Of a stretch of DNA of 36,575 nucleotides, positions 8,353 to 18,960 are shown in pieces. Made by a program: the position numbers and the translations under genes. Below the pieces are notes generated by a model. That model saw nothing but the letters and a program-made list of their open reading frames with translations, had not been told where the DNA came from and searched no databases. The DNA comes from Escherichia phage T7. The DNA lies in the sequence record MZ375294.1; one strand, 5' to 3'. Every line of letters begins with the position of its first letter. The stretch's first letter is position 1.

Positions 8353-8472
8353 GTTGAAGAGAACGGCTATGTTGCCTCTGGTTCTGCCAAAGCGAGCAAA
8401 CCACGCGACGAAGAAAGCTGGGACGAAGACGACGAAGAGTCCGAGGAAGCAGACGAAGACGGAGACTTCTAA

Positions 8473-8892
8473 GTGGAACTGCGGGAGAAAATCCTTGAGC
8501 GAATCAAGGTGACTTCCTCTGGGTGTTGGGAGTGGCAGGGCGCTACGAACAATAAAGGGTACGGGCAGGTGTGGTGCAGCAATACCGGAAAGGTTGTCTA
8601 CTGTCATCGCGTAATGTCTAATGCTCCGAAAGGTTCTACCGTCCTGCACTCCTGTGATAATCCATTATGTTGTAACCCTGCACACCGTTCCATAGGAACT
8701 CCAAAAGAGAACTCCACTGACATGGTAAATAAGGGTCGCTCACACAAGGGGTATAAACTTTCAGACGAAGACGTAATGGCAATCATGGAGTCCAGCGAGT
8801 CCAATGTATCCTTAGCTCGCACCTATGGTGTCTCCCAACAGACTATTTGTGATATACGCAAAGGGAGGCGACATGGCAGGTTACGGCGCTAA
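8473..8892 (+). CDS. 2.8: Gene 2.8 HNH-endonuclease-like protein (GTG start)
   Basis: 139-aa ORF with HNH-like motif HSCDNPLCCNPAH and Cys/His pairs. Confidence 0.75.
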   Translation: MELREKILERIKVTSSGCWEWQGATNNKGYGQVWCSNTGKVVYCHRVMSNAPKGSTVLHSCDNPLCCNPAHRSIGTPKENSTDMVNKGRSHKGYKLSDEDVMAIMESSESNVSLARTYGVSQQTICDIRKGRRHGRLRR

Positions 8893-9322
8893 AGGAATCC
8901 GAAAGGTTGGAGCGTTTCGCTCTGGCCTAGAGGACAAGGTTTCAAAGCAGTTGGAATCAAAAGGTATTAAATTCGAGTATGAAGAGTGGAAAGTGCCTTA
9001 TGTAATTCCGGCGAGCAATCACACTTACACTCCAGACTTCTTACTTCCAAACGGTATATTCGTTGAGACAAAGGGTCTGTGGGAAAGCGATGATAGAAAG
9101 AAGCACTTATTAATTAGGGAGCAGCACCCCGAGCTAGACATCCGTATTGTCTTCTCAAGCTCACGTACTAAGTTATACAAAGGTTCTCCAACGTCTTATG
9201 GAGAGTTCTGCGAAAAGCATGGTATTAAGTTCGCTGATAAACTGATACCTGCTGAGTGGATAAAGGAACCCAAGAAGGAGGTCCCCTTTGATAGATTAAA
9301 AAGGAAAGGAGGAAAGAAATAA
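8873..9322 (+). CDS. 3: Endonuclease I, Holliday-junction resolvase (gene 3)
   Basis: 149-aa ORF MAGYGAKGIRKVGAFRSGLEDKVSKQLESKGIKFEYEE... Confidence 0.93.
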   Translation: MAGYGAKGIRKVGAFRSGLEDKVSKQLESKGIKFEYEEWKVPYVIPASNHTYTPDFLLPNGIFVETKGLWESDDRKKHLLIREQHPELDIRIVFSSSRTKLYKGSPTSYGEFCEKHGIKFADKLIPAEWIKEPKKEVPFDRLKRKGGKK

Positions 9323-9777
9323 TGGCTCGTGTACAGTTTAAACAACGTGAATCTACTGACGCAATCTTTGTTCACTGCTCGGCTACCAAGCCAAGTCAGA
9401 ATGTTGGTGTCCGTGAGATTCGCCAGTGGCACAAAGAGCAGGGTTGGCTCGATGTGGGATACCACTTTATCATCAAGCGAGACGGTACTGTGGAGGCAGG
9501 ACGAGATGAGATGGCTGTAGGCTCTCACGCTAAGGGTTACAACCACAACTCTATCGGCGTCTGCCTTGTTGGTGGTATCGACGATAAAGGTAAGTTCGAC
9601 GCTAACTTTACGCCAGCCCAAATGCAATCCCTTCGCTCACTGCTTGTCACACTGCTGGCTAAGTACGAAGGCGCTGTGCTTCGCGCCCATCATGAGGTGG
9701 CGCCGAAGGCTTGCCCTTCGTTCGACCTTAAGCGTTGGTGGGAGAAGAACGAACTGGTCACTTCTGACCGTGGATAA
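9322..9777 (+). CDS. 3.5: T7 lysozyme, N-acetylmuramoyl-L-alanine amidase and RNA polymerase inhibitor (gene 3.5)
   Basis: 151-aa ORF MARVQFKQRESTDAIFVHCSATK...; zinc amidase-type His/Cys residues. Confidence 0.95.
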   Translation: MARVQFKQRESTDAIFVHCSATKPSQNVGVREIRQWHKEQGWLDVGYHFIIKRDGTVEAGRDEMAVGSHAKGYNHNSIGVCLVGGIDDKGKFDANFTPAQMQSLRSLLVTLLAKYEGAVLRAHHEVAPKACPSFDLKRWWEKNELVTSDRG

Positions 9778-11647
<1,870 letters not shown>

Positions 11648-11650
<3 letters not shown>

Positions 11651-11670
11651 TACGACTCACTAAAGGAGAC
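11648..11670 (+). promoter_or_regulatory. T7 RNAP promoter phi4.3 (its gene 4.3 is deleted)
   Basis: taatacgactcactaaaggagac. Confidence 0.85.
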
Positions 11671-11709
11671 ACACCAAATTCTTTGAGTAATCAAACAGGA
11701 GAAACCATT

Positions 11710-11979
11710 ATGTCTAACGTAGCTGAAACTATCCGTCTATCCGATACAGCTGACCAGTGGAACCGTCGAGTCCACATCAACGTTCGCAACGGTAAGGCGA
11801 CTATGGTTTACCGCTGGAAGGACTCTAAGTCCTCTAAGAATCACACTCAGCGTATGACGTTGACAGATGAGCAAGCACTGCGTCTGGTCAATGCGCTTAC
11901 CAAAGCTGCCGTGACAGCAATTCATGAAGCTGGTCGCGTCAATGAAGCTATGGCTATCCTCGACAAGATTGATAACTAA
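11710..11979 (+). CDS. 4.5: Gene 4.5 protein, function unknown
   Basis: 89-aa ORF MSNVAETIRLSDTADQWNRRVHINVRNGKATMVYRWKD... with RBS AGGAGA. Confidence 0.8.
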   Translation: MSNVAETIRLSDTADQWNRRVHINVRNGKATMVYRWKDSKSSKNHTQRMTLTDEQALRLVNALTKAAVTAIHEAGRVNEAMAILDKIDN

Positions 11980-11980
11980 G

Positions 11981-12020
11981 AGTGGTATCATCAAGGTCGC
12001 CAAAGTGGTGGCCTTCATGA
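11981..12020 (+). promoter_or_regulatory. RNase III processing hairpin R4.7
   Basis: tcatcaaggtcgccaaagtggtggccttcatgaatac. Confidence 0.55.
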
Positions 12021-12023
12021 ATA

Positions 12024-12046
12024 CTATTCGACTCACTATAGGAGAT
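12024..12046 (+). promoter_or_regulatory. T7 RNAP promoter phi4.7 (its gene 4.7 is deleted)
   Basis: ctattcgactcactataggagat. Confidence 0.8.
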
Positions 12047-12070
12047 ATTACCTCAATAGGAGAAATCAAT

Positions 12071-14185
12071 ATGATCGTTTCTGACATCGAAGATAACGCC
12101 CTCTTAGAGAGCGTCACTAAGTTCCACTGCGGGGTTATCTACGACTACTCCACCGCTGAGTACGTAAGCTACCGTCCGAGTGACTTCGGTGCGTATCTGG
12201 ATGCGCTGGAAGCCGAGGTTGCACGAGGCGGTCTTATTGTGTTCCACAACGGTCACAAGTATGACGTTCCTGCATTGACCAAACTGGCAAAGTTGCAATT
12301 GAACCGAGAGTTCCACCTTCCTCGTGAGAACTGTATTGACACCCTTGTGTTGTCACGTTTGATTCATTCCAACCTCAAGGACACCGATATGGGTCTTCTG
12401 CGTTCCGGCAAGTTGCCCGGAAAACGCTTTGGGTCTCACGCTTTGGAGGCGTGGGGTTATCGCTTAGGCGAGATGAAGGGTGAATACAAAGACGACTTTA
12501 AGCGTATGCTTGAAGAGCAGGGTGAAGAATACGTTGACGGAATGGAGTGGTGGAACTTCAACGAAGAGATGATGGACTATAACGTTCAGGACGTTGTGGT
12601 AACTAAAGCTCTCCTTGAGAAGCTACTCTCTGACAAACATTACTTCCCTCCTGAGATTGACTTTACGGACGTAGGATACACTACGTTCTGGTCAGAATCC
12701 CTTGAGGCCGTTGACATTGAACATCGTGCTGCATGGCTGCTCGCTAAACAAGAGCGCAACGGGTTCCCGTTTGACACAAAAGCAATCGAAGAGTTGTACG
12801 TAGAGTTAGCTGCTCGCCGCTCTGAGTTGCTCCGTAAATTGACCGAAACGTTCGGCTCGTGGTATCAGCCTAAAGGTGGCACTGAGATGTTCTGCCATCC
12901 GCGAACAGGTAAGCCACTACCTAAATACCCTCGCATTAAGACACCTAAAGTTGGTGGTATCTTTAAGAAGCCTAAGAACAAGGCACAGCGAGAAGGCCGT
13001 GAGCCTTGCGAACTTGATACCCGCGAGTACGTTGCTGGTGCTCCTTACACCCCAGTTGAACATGTTGTGTTTAACCCTTCGTCTCGTGACCACATTCAGA
13101 AGAAACTCCAAGAGGCTGGGTGGGTCCCGACCAAGTACACCGATAAGGGTGCTCCTGTGGTGGACGATGAGGTACTCGAAGGAGTACGTGTAGATGACCC
13201 TGAGAAGCAAGCCGCTATCGACCTCATTAAAGAGTACTTGATGATTCAGAAGCGAATCGGACAGTCTGCTGAGGGAGACACAGCATGGCTTCGTTATGTT
13301 GCTGAGGATGGTAAGATTCATGGTTCTGTTAACCCTAATGGAGCAGTTACGGGTCGTGCGACCCATGCGTTCCCAAACCTTGCGCAAATTCCGGGTGTAC
13401 GTTCTCCTTATGGAGAGCAGTGTCGCGCTGCTTTTGGCGCTGAGCACCATTTGGATGGGATAACTGGTAAGCCTTGGGTTCAGGCTGGCATCGACGCATC
13501 CGGTCTTGAGCTACGCTGCTTGGCTCACTTCATGGCTCGCTTTGATAACGGCGAGTACGCTCACGAGATTCTTAACGGCGACATCCACACTAAGAACCAG
13601 ATAGCTGCTGAACTACCTACCCGAGATAACGCTAAGACGTTCATCTATGGGTTCCTCTATGGTGCTGGTGATGAGAAGATTGGACAGATTGTTGGTGCTG
13701 GTAAAGAGCGCGGTAAGGAACTCAAGAAGAAATTCCTTGAGAACACCCCCGCGATTGCAGCACTCCGCGAGTCTATCCAACAGACACTTGTCGAGTCCTC
13801 TCAATGGGTAGCTGGTGAGCAACAAGTCAAGTGGAAACGCCGCTGGATTAAAGGTCTGGATGGTCGTAAGGTACACGTTCGTAGTCCTCACGCTGCCTTG
13901 AATACCCTACTGCAATCTGCTGGTGCTCTCATCTGCAAACTGTGGATTATCAAGACCGAAGAGATGCTCGTAGAGAAAGGCTTGAAGCATGGCTGGGATG
14001 GGGACTTTGCGTACATGGCATGGGTACATGATGAAATCCAAGTAGGCTGCCGTACCGAAGAGATTGCTCAGGTGGTCATTGAGACCGCACAAGAAGCGAT
14101 GCGCTGGGTTGGAGACCACTGGAACTTCCGGTGTCTTCTGGATACCGAAGGTAAGATGGGTCCTAATTGGGCGATTTGCCACTGA
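12071..14185 (+). CDS. 5: T7 DNA polymerase (gene 5), family A polymerase with 3'-5' exonuclease
   Basis: 704-aa [29 protein letters not shown]...; family A polymerase-type palm residues near the C-terminus. Confidence 0.97.
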   Translation: MIVSDIEDNALLESVTKFHCGVIYDYSTAEYVSYRPSDFGAYLDALEAEVARGGLIVFHNGHKYDVPALTKLAKLQLNREFHLPRENCIDTLVLSRLIHSNLKDTDMGLLRSGKLPGKRFGSHALEAWGYRLGEMKGEYKDDFKRMLEEQGEEYVDGMEWWNFNEEMMDYNVQDVVVTKALLEKLLSDKHYFPPEIDFTDVGYTTFWSESLEAVDIEHRAAWLLAKQERNGFPFDTKAIEELYVELAARRSELLRKLTETFGSWYQPKGGTEMFCHPRTGKPLPKYPRIKTPKVGGIFKKPKNKAQREGREPCELDTREYVAGAPYTPVEHVVFNPSSRDHIQKKLQEAGWVPTKYTDKGAPVVDDEVLEGVRVDDPEKQAAIDLIKEYLMIQKRIGQSAEGDTAWLRYVAEDGKIHGSVNPNGAVTGRATHAFPNLAQIPGVRSPYGEQCRAAFGAEHHLDGITGKPWVQAGIDASGLELRCLAHFMARFDNGEYAHEILNGDIHTKNQIAAELPTRDNAKTFIYGFLYGAGDEKIGQIVGAGKERGKELKKKFLENTPAIAALRESIQQTLVESSQWVAGEQQVKWKRRWIKGLDGRKVHVRSPHAALNTLLQSAGALICKLWIIKTEEMLVEKGLKHGWDGDFAYMAWVHDEIQVGCRTEEIAQVVIETAQEAMRWVGDHWNFRCLLDTEGKMGPNWAICH

Positions 14186-14230
14186 TACAGGAGGCTACTC
14201 CAAAGGCATAAAACTATAGGAGAAATTATT

Positions 14231-14530
14231 ATGGCTATGACAAAGAAATTTAAAGTGTCCTTCGACGTTACCGCAAAGATGTCGTCTGACGTTCAGGCAA
14301 TCTTAGAGAAAGATATGCTGCATCTATGTAAGCAGGTCGGCTCAGGTGCGATTGTCCCCAATGGTAAACAGAAGGAAATGATTGTCCAGTTCCTGACACA
14401 CGGTATGGAAGGATTGATGACATTCGTAGTACGTACATCATTTCGTGAGGCCATTAAGGACATGCACGAAGAGTATGCAGATAAGGACTCTTTCAAACAA
14501 TCTCCTGCAACAGTACGGGAGGTGTTCTGA
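14231..14530 (+). CDS. 5.5: Gene 5.5 protein (H-NS-binding)
   Basis: 99-aa ORF MAMTKKFKVSFDVTAKMSSDVQAILEKDMLH... Confidence 0.85.
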   Translation: MAMTKKFKVSFDVTAKMSSDVQAILEKDMLHLCKQVGSGAIVPNGKQKEMIVQFLTHGMEGLMTFVVRTSFREAIKDMHEEYADKDSFKQSPATVREVF

Positions 14531-14739
14531 TGTCTGACTACCTGAAAGTGCTGCAAGCAATCAAAAGTTGCCCTAAGACTTTCCAGTCCAACTATGTACG
14601 GAACAATGCGAGCCTCGTAGCGGAGGCCGCTTCCCGTGGTCACATCTCGTGCCTGACTACTAGTGGACGTAACGGTGGCGCTTGGGAAATCACTGCTTCC
14701 GGTACTCGCTTTCTGAAACGAATGGGAGGATGTGTCTAA
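14530..14739 (+). CDS. 5.7: Gene 5.7 protein
   Basis: 69-aa ORF; ATG overlaps 5.5 stop. Confidence 0.8.
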   Translation: MSDYLKVLQAIKSCPKTFQSNYVRNNASLVAEAASRGHISCLTTSGRNGGAWEITASGTRFLKRMGGCV

Positions 14740-14897
14740 TGTCTCGTGACCTTGTGACTATTCCACGCGATGTGTGGAACGATATACAGGGCTACATCGA
14801 CTCTCTGGAACGTGAGAACGATAGCCTTAAGAATCAACTAATGGAAGCTGACGAATACGTAGCGGAACTAGAGGAGAAACTTAATGGCACTTCTTGA
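14739..14897 (+). CDS. 5.9: Gene 5.9 RecBCD inhibitor
   Basis: 52-aa acidic ORF MSRDLVTIPRDVWNDIQGYIDSLERENDSLKNQLMEADEYVAELEEKLNGTS. Confidence 0.8.
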   Translation: MSRDLVTIPRDVWNDIQGYIDSLERENDSLKNQLMEADEYVAELEEKLNGTS

Positions 14898-15786
14898 CCT
14901 TAAACAATTCTATGAGTTACGTGAAGGCTGCGACGACAAGGGTATCCTTGTGATGGACGGCGACTGGCTGGTCTTCCAAGCTATGAGTGCTGCTGAGTTT
15001 GATGCCTCTTGGGAGGAAGAGATTTGGCACCGATGCTGTGACCACGCTAAGGCCCGTCAGATTCTTGAGGATTCCATTAAGTACTACGAGACCCGTAAGA
15101 AGGCTTGGGCAGGTGCTCCAATTGTCCTTGCGTTCACCGATAGTGTTAACTGGCGTAAAGAACTGGTTGACCCGAACTATAAGGCTAACCGTAAGGCCGT
15201 GAAGAAACCTGTAGGGTACTTTGAGTTCCTTGATGCTCTCTTTGAGCGCGAAGAGTTCTATTGCATCCGTGAGCCTATGCTTGAGGGTGATGACGTTATG
15301 GGAGTTATTGCTTCCAATCCGTCTGCCTTCGGTGCTCGTAAGGCTGTAATCATCTCTTGCGATAAGGACTTTAAGACCATCCCTAACTGTGACTTCCTGT
15401 GGTGTACCACTGGTAACATCCTGACTCAGACCGAAGAGTCCGCTGACTGGTGGCACCTCTTCCAGACCATCAAGGGTGACATCACTGATGGTTACTCAGG
15501 GATTGCTGGATGGGGTGATACCGCCGAGGACTTCTTGAATAACCCGTTCATAACCGAGCCTAAAACGTCTGTGCTTAAGTCCGGTAAGAACAAAGGCCAA
15601 GAGGTTACTAAATGGGTTAAACGCGACCCTGAGCCTCATGAGACGCTTTGGGACTGCATTAAGTCCATTGGCGCGAAGGCTGGTATGACCGAAGAGGATA
15701 TTATCAAGCAGGGCCAAATGGCTCGAATCCTACGGTTCAACGAGTACAACTTTATTGACAAGGAGATTTACCTGTGGAGACCGTAG
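14884..15786 (+). CDS. 6: 5'-3' exonuclease (gene 6)
   Basis: 300-aa ORF MALLDLKQFYELREGCDDKGILVMDGDWLVF... Confidence 0.93.
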   Translation: MALLDLKQFYELREGCDDKGILVMDGDWLVFQAMSAAEFDASWEEEIWHRCCDHAKARQILEDSIKYYETRKKAWAGAPIVLAFTDSVNWRKELVDPNYKANRKAVKKPVGYFEFLDALFEREEFYCIREPMLEGDDVMGVIASNPSAFGARKAVIISCDKDFKTIPNCDFLWCTTGNILTQTEESADWWHLFQTIKGDITDGYSGIAGWGDTAEDFLNNPFITEPKTSVLKSGKNKGQEVTKWVKRDPEPHETLWDCIKSIGAKAGMTEEDIIKQGQMARILRFNEYNFIDKEIYLWRP

Positions 15787-15887
15787 CGTATATTGGTCTG
15801 GGTCTTTGTGTTCTCGGAGTGTGCCTCATTTCGTGGGGCCTTTGGGACTTAGCCAGAATAATCAAGTCGTTACACGACACTAAGTGA
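15774..15887 (+). CDS. 6.3: Gene 6.3 small hydrophobic protein (GTG start)
   Basis: 37-aa ORF VETVAYIGLGLCVLGVCLISWGLWDLARIIKSLHDTK overlapping gene 6 stop. Confidence 0.55.
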   Translation: METVAYIGLGLCVLGVCLISWGLWDLARIIKSLHDTK

Positions 15888-15907
15888 TAAACTCAAGGTC
15901 CCTAAAT

Positions 15908-15930
15908 TAATACGACTCACTATAGGGAGA
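15908..15930 (+). promoter_or_regulatory. T7 RNAP promoter phi6.5 (class III consensus)
   Basis: taatacgactcactatagggaga. Confidence 0.92.
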
Positions 15931-15984
15931 TAGGGGCCTTTACGATTATTACTTTAAGATTTAACTCTAAGAGGAATCTTTATT

Positions 15985-16239
15985 ATGTTAACACCTATTA
16001 ACCAATTACTTAAGAACCCTAACGATATTCCAGATGTACCTCGTGCAACCGCTGAGTATCTACAGGTTCGATTCAACTATGCGTACCTCGAAGCGTCTGG
16101 TCATATAGGACTTATGCGTGCTAATGGTTGTAGTGAGGCCCACATCTTGGGTTTCATTCAGGGCCTACAGTATGCCTCTAACGTCATTGACGAGATTGAG
16201 TTACGCAAGGAACAACTAAGAGATGATGGGGAGGATTGA
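15985..16239 (+). CDS. 6.5: Gene 6.5 protein
   Basis: 84-aa [30 protein letters not shown]... Confidence 0.85.
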
Positions 16240-16243
16240 CACT

Positions 16244-16510
16244 ATGTGTTTCTCACCGAAAATTAAAACTCCGAAGATGGATACCAATCAGATTCGAGCC
16301 GTTGAGCCAGCGCCTCTGACCCAAGAAGTGTCAAGCGTGGAGTTCGGTGGGTCTTCTGATGAGACGGATACCGAGGGCACCGAAGTGTCTGGACGCAAAG
16401 GCCTCAAGGTCGAACGTGATGATTCCGTAGCGAAGTCTAAAGCCAGCGGCAATGGCTCCGCTCGTATGAAATCTTCCATCCGTAAGTCCGCATTTGGAGG
16501 TAAGAAGTGA
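16244..16510 (+). CDS. 6.7: Gene 6.7 virion protein
   Basis: 88-aa ORF MCFSPKIKTPKMDTNQIRAVEPAPLTQEVSS... Confidence 0.8.
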   Translation: MCFSPKIKTPKMDTNQIRAVEPAPLTQEVSSVEFGGSSDETDTEGTEVSGRKGLKVERDDSVAKSKASGNGSARMKSSIRKSAFGGKK

Positions 16511-16911
16511 TGTCTGAGTTCACATGTGTGGAGGCTAAGAGTCGCTTCCGTGCAATCCGGTGGACTGTGGAACACCTTGGGTTGCCTAAAGGATTCGAAG
16601 GACACTTTGTGGGCTACAGCCTCTACGTAGACGAAGTGATGGACATGTCTGGTTGCCGTGAAGAGTACATTCTGGACTCTACCGGAAAACATGTAGCGTA
16701 CTTCGCGTGGTGCGTAAGCTGTGACATTCACCACAAAGGAGACATTCTGGATGTAACGTCCGTTGTCATTAATCCTGAGACAGACTCTAAGGGCTTACAG
16801 CGATTCCTAGCGAAACGCTTTAAGTACCTTGCGGAACTCCACGATTGCGATTGGGTGTCTCGTTGTAAGCATGAAGGCGAGACAATGCGTGTATACTTTA
16901 AGGAGGTATAA
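16510..16911 (+). CDS. 7: Gene 7 virion/host-range protein
   Basis: 133-aa ORF MSEFTCVEAKSRFRAIRWTVEHLGLPKGFEGHF... Confidence 0.8.
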   Translation: MSEFTCVEAKSRFRAIRWTVEHLGLPKGFEGHFVGYSLYVDEVMDMSGCREEYILDSTGKHVAYFAWCVSCDIHHKGDILDVTSVVINPETDSKGLQRFLAKRFKYLAELHDCDWVSRCKHEGETMRVYFKEV

Positions 16912-16914
16912 GTT

Positions 16915-17214
16915 ATGGGTAAGAAAGTTAAGAAGGCCGTGAAGAAAGTCCCCAAGTCCGTTAAGAAAGTCGTTAAGGAAGGGGCTAGTCCGGTTAAACA
17001 GGTTGCTGGCGGTCTAGCTGGTCTGGCTGGTGGTACTGGTGAAGCACAGATGGTGGAAGTACCACAAGCTGCCGCACAGATTGTTGACGTACCTGAGAAA
17101 GAGGTTTCCACTGAGGACGAAGCACAGACAGAAAGCGGACGCAAGAAAGCTCGTGCTGGCGGTAAGAAATCCTTGAGTGTAGCCCGTAGCTCCGGTGGCG
17201 GTATCAACATTTAA
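16915..17214 (+). CDS. 7.3: Gene 7.3 tail-associated protein
   Basis: 99-aa ORF MGKKVKKAVKKVPKSVKKVVKEGASPVKQVAGGLAGLAGG... Confidence 0.85.
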   Translation: MGKKVKKAVKKVPKSVKKVVKEGASPVKQVAGGLAGLAGGTGEAQMVEVPQAAAQIVDVPEKEVSTEDEAQTESGRKKARAGGKKSLSVARSSGGGINI

Positions 17215-17227
17215 TCAGGAGGTTATC

Positions 17228-17250
17228 CGTAAGACATGGAGACACATTTA
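17228..17250 (+). other. Gene 7.7 remnant (3' end only; carries the gene 8 RBS)
   Basis: cgtaagacatggagacacatttaa directly after the 7.3 stop and RBS AGGAGGTTATC; no start codon for a 7.7 ORF. Confidence 0.7.
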
Positions 17251-18861
17251 ATGGCTGAGAAACGAACAGGACTTGCGGAGGATGGCGCAAAGTCTGTCTA
17301 TGAGCGTTTAAAGAACGACCGTGCTCCCTATGAGACACGCGCTCAGAATTGCGCTCAATATACCATCCCATCATTGTTCCCTAAGGACTCCGATAACGCC
17401 TCTACAGATTATCAAACTCCGTGGCAAGCCGTGGGCGCTCGTGGTCTGAACAATCTAGCCTCTAAGCTCATGCTGGCTCTATTCCCTATGCAGACTTGGA
17501 TGCGACTTACTATATCTGAATATGAAGCAAAGCAGTTACTGAGCGACCCCGATGGACTCGCTAAGGTCGATGAGGGCCTCTCGATGGTAGAGCGTATCAT
17601 CATGAACTACATTGAGTCTAACAGTTACCGCGTGACTCTCTTTGAGGCTCTCAAACAGTTAGTCGTAGCTGGTAACGTCCTGCTGTACCTACCGGAACCG
17701 GAAGGGTCAAACTATAATCCCATGAAGCTGTACCGATTGTCTTCTTATGTGGTCCAACGAGACGCATTCGGCAACGTTCTGCAAATGGTGACTCGTGACC
17801 AGATAGCTTTTGGTGCTCTCCCTGAGGACATCCGTAAGGCTGTAGAAGGTCAAGGTGGTGAGAAGAAAGCTGATGAGACAATCGACGTGTACACTCACAT
17901 CTATCTGGATGAGGACTCAGGTGAATACCTCCGATACGAAGAGGTCGAGGGTATGGAAGTCCAAGGCTCCGATGGGACTTATCCTAAAGAGGCTTGCCCA
18001 TACATCCCGATTCGGATGGTCAGACTAGATGGTGAATCCTACGGTCGTTCGTACATTGAGGAATACTTAGGTGACTTACGGTCCCTTGAAAATCTCCAAG
18101 AGGCTATCGTCAAGATGTCCATGATTAGCTCTAAGGTTATCGGCTTAGTGAATCCTGCTGGTATCACCCAGCCACGCCGACTGACCAAAGCTCAGACTGG
18201 TGACTTCGTTACTGGTCGTCCAGAAGACATCTCGTTCCTCCAACTGGAGAAGCAAGCAGACTTTACTGTAGCTAAAGCCGTAAGTGACGCTATCGAGGCT
18301 CGCCTTTCGTTTGCCTTTATGTTGAACTCTGCGGTTCAGCGTACAGGTGAACGTGTGACCGCCGAAGAGATTCGGTATGTAGCTTCTGAACTTGAAGATA
18401 CTTTAGGTGGTGTCTACTCTATCCTTTCTCAAGAATTACAATTGCCTCTGGTACGAGTGCTCTTGAAGCAACTACAAGCCACGCAACAGATTCCTGAGTT
18501 ACCTAAGGAAGCCGTAGAGCCAACCATTAGTACAGGTCTGGAAGCAATTGGTCGAGGACAAGACCTTGATAAGCTGGAGCGGTGTGTCACTGCGTGGGCT
18601 GCACTGGCACCTATGCGGGACGACCCTGATATTAACCTTGCGATGATTAAGTTACGTATTGCCAACGCTATCGGTATTGACACTTCTGGTATTCTACTCA
18701 CCGAAGAACAGAAGCAACAGAAGATGGCCCAACAGTCTATGCAAATGGGTATGGATAATGGTGCTGCTGCGCTGGCTCAAGGTATGGCTGCACAAGCTAC
18801 AGCTTCACCTGAGGCTATGGCTGCTGCCGCTGATTCCGTAGGTTTACAGCCGGGAATTTAA
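17251..18861 (+). CDS. 8: Head-to-tail connector (portal) protein gp8
   Basis: 536-aa ORF MAEKRTGLAEDGAKSVYERLKNDRAPYETRAQNCAQYTIPSLFP...; in-frame ATG 15 nt upstream at 17236. Confidence 0.95.
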   Translation: MAEKRTGLAEDGAKSVYERLKNDRAPYETRAQNCAQYTIPSLFPKDSDNASTDYQTPWQAVGARGLNNLASKLMLALFPMQTWMRLTISEYEAKQLLSDPDGLAKVDEGLSMVERIIMNYIESNSYRVTLFEALKQLVVAGNVLLYLPEPEGSNYNPMKLYRLSSYVVQRDAFGNVLQMVTRDQIAFGALPEDIRKAVEGQGGEKKADETIDVYTHIYLDEDSGEYLRYEEVEGMEVQGSDGTYPKEACPYIPIRMVRLDGESYGRSYIEEYLGDLRSLENLQEAIVKMSMISSKVIGLVNPAGITQPRRLTKAQTGDFVTGRPEDISFLQLEKQADFTVAKAVSDAIEARLSFAFMLNSAVQRTGERVTAEEIRYVASELEDTLGGVYSILSQELQLPLVRVLLKQLQATQQIPELPKEAVEPTISTGLEAIGRGQDLDKLERCVTAWAALAPMRDDPDINLAMIKLRIANAIGIDTSGILLTEEQKQQKMAQQSMQMGMDNGAAALAQGMAAQATASPEAMAAAADSVGLQPGI

Positions 18862-18881
18862 TACAACTCACTATAGGGAGA
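18859..18881 (+). promoter_or_regulatory. T7 RNAP promoter phi9
   Basis: taatacaactcactatagggaga (A at -11). Confidence 0.85.
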
Positions 18882-18960
18882 CCTCATCTTTGAAATGAGC
18901 GATGACAAGAGGTTGGAGTCCTCGGTCTTCCTGTAGTTCAACTTTAAGGAGACAATAATA

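Noticed and set aside
8620-8700. Possible substitutions in the gene 2.8 HNH-like motif (CCNPAHRSIGT)
   Set aside because: My recollection of the reference sequence here is not reliable enough (two differences within 10 bp) to report as a variant; needs alignment.
11924-12070. Upstream extension of the gene 5 ORF (track ORF 11924-14185, 753 aa)
   Set aside because: The extension reads through the 4.5 stop region and promoter phi4.7; the real start is the ATG at 12071 with RBS AGGAGAAATCAAT and the canonical MIVSDIE N-terminus.
14682-14738. Upstream extension of gene 5.9 (track ORF 14682-14897)
   Set aside because: The extension lies inside gene 5.7 in another frame; ATG 14739 overlapping the 5.7 stop gives the expected 52-aa acidic protein.
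16728-17210. 160-aa minus-strand ORF antisense to genes 7 and 7.3
   Set aside because: Lies wholly within + strand coding sequence of a unidirectionally transcribed genome; proline/alanine/serine-rich composition is typical of a spurious antisense frame.
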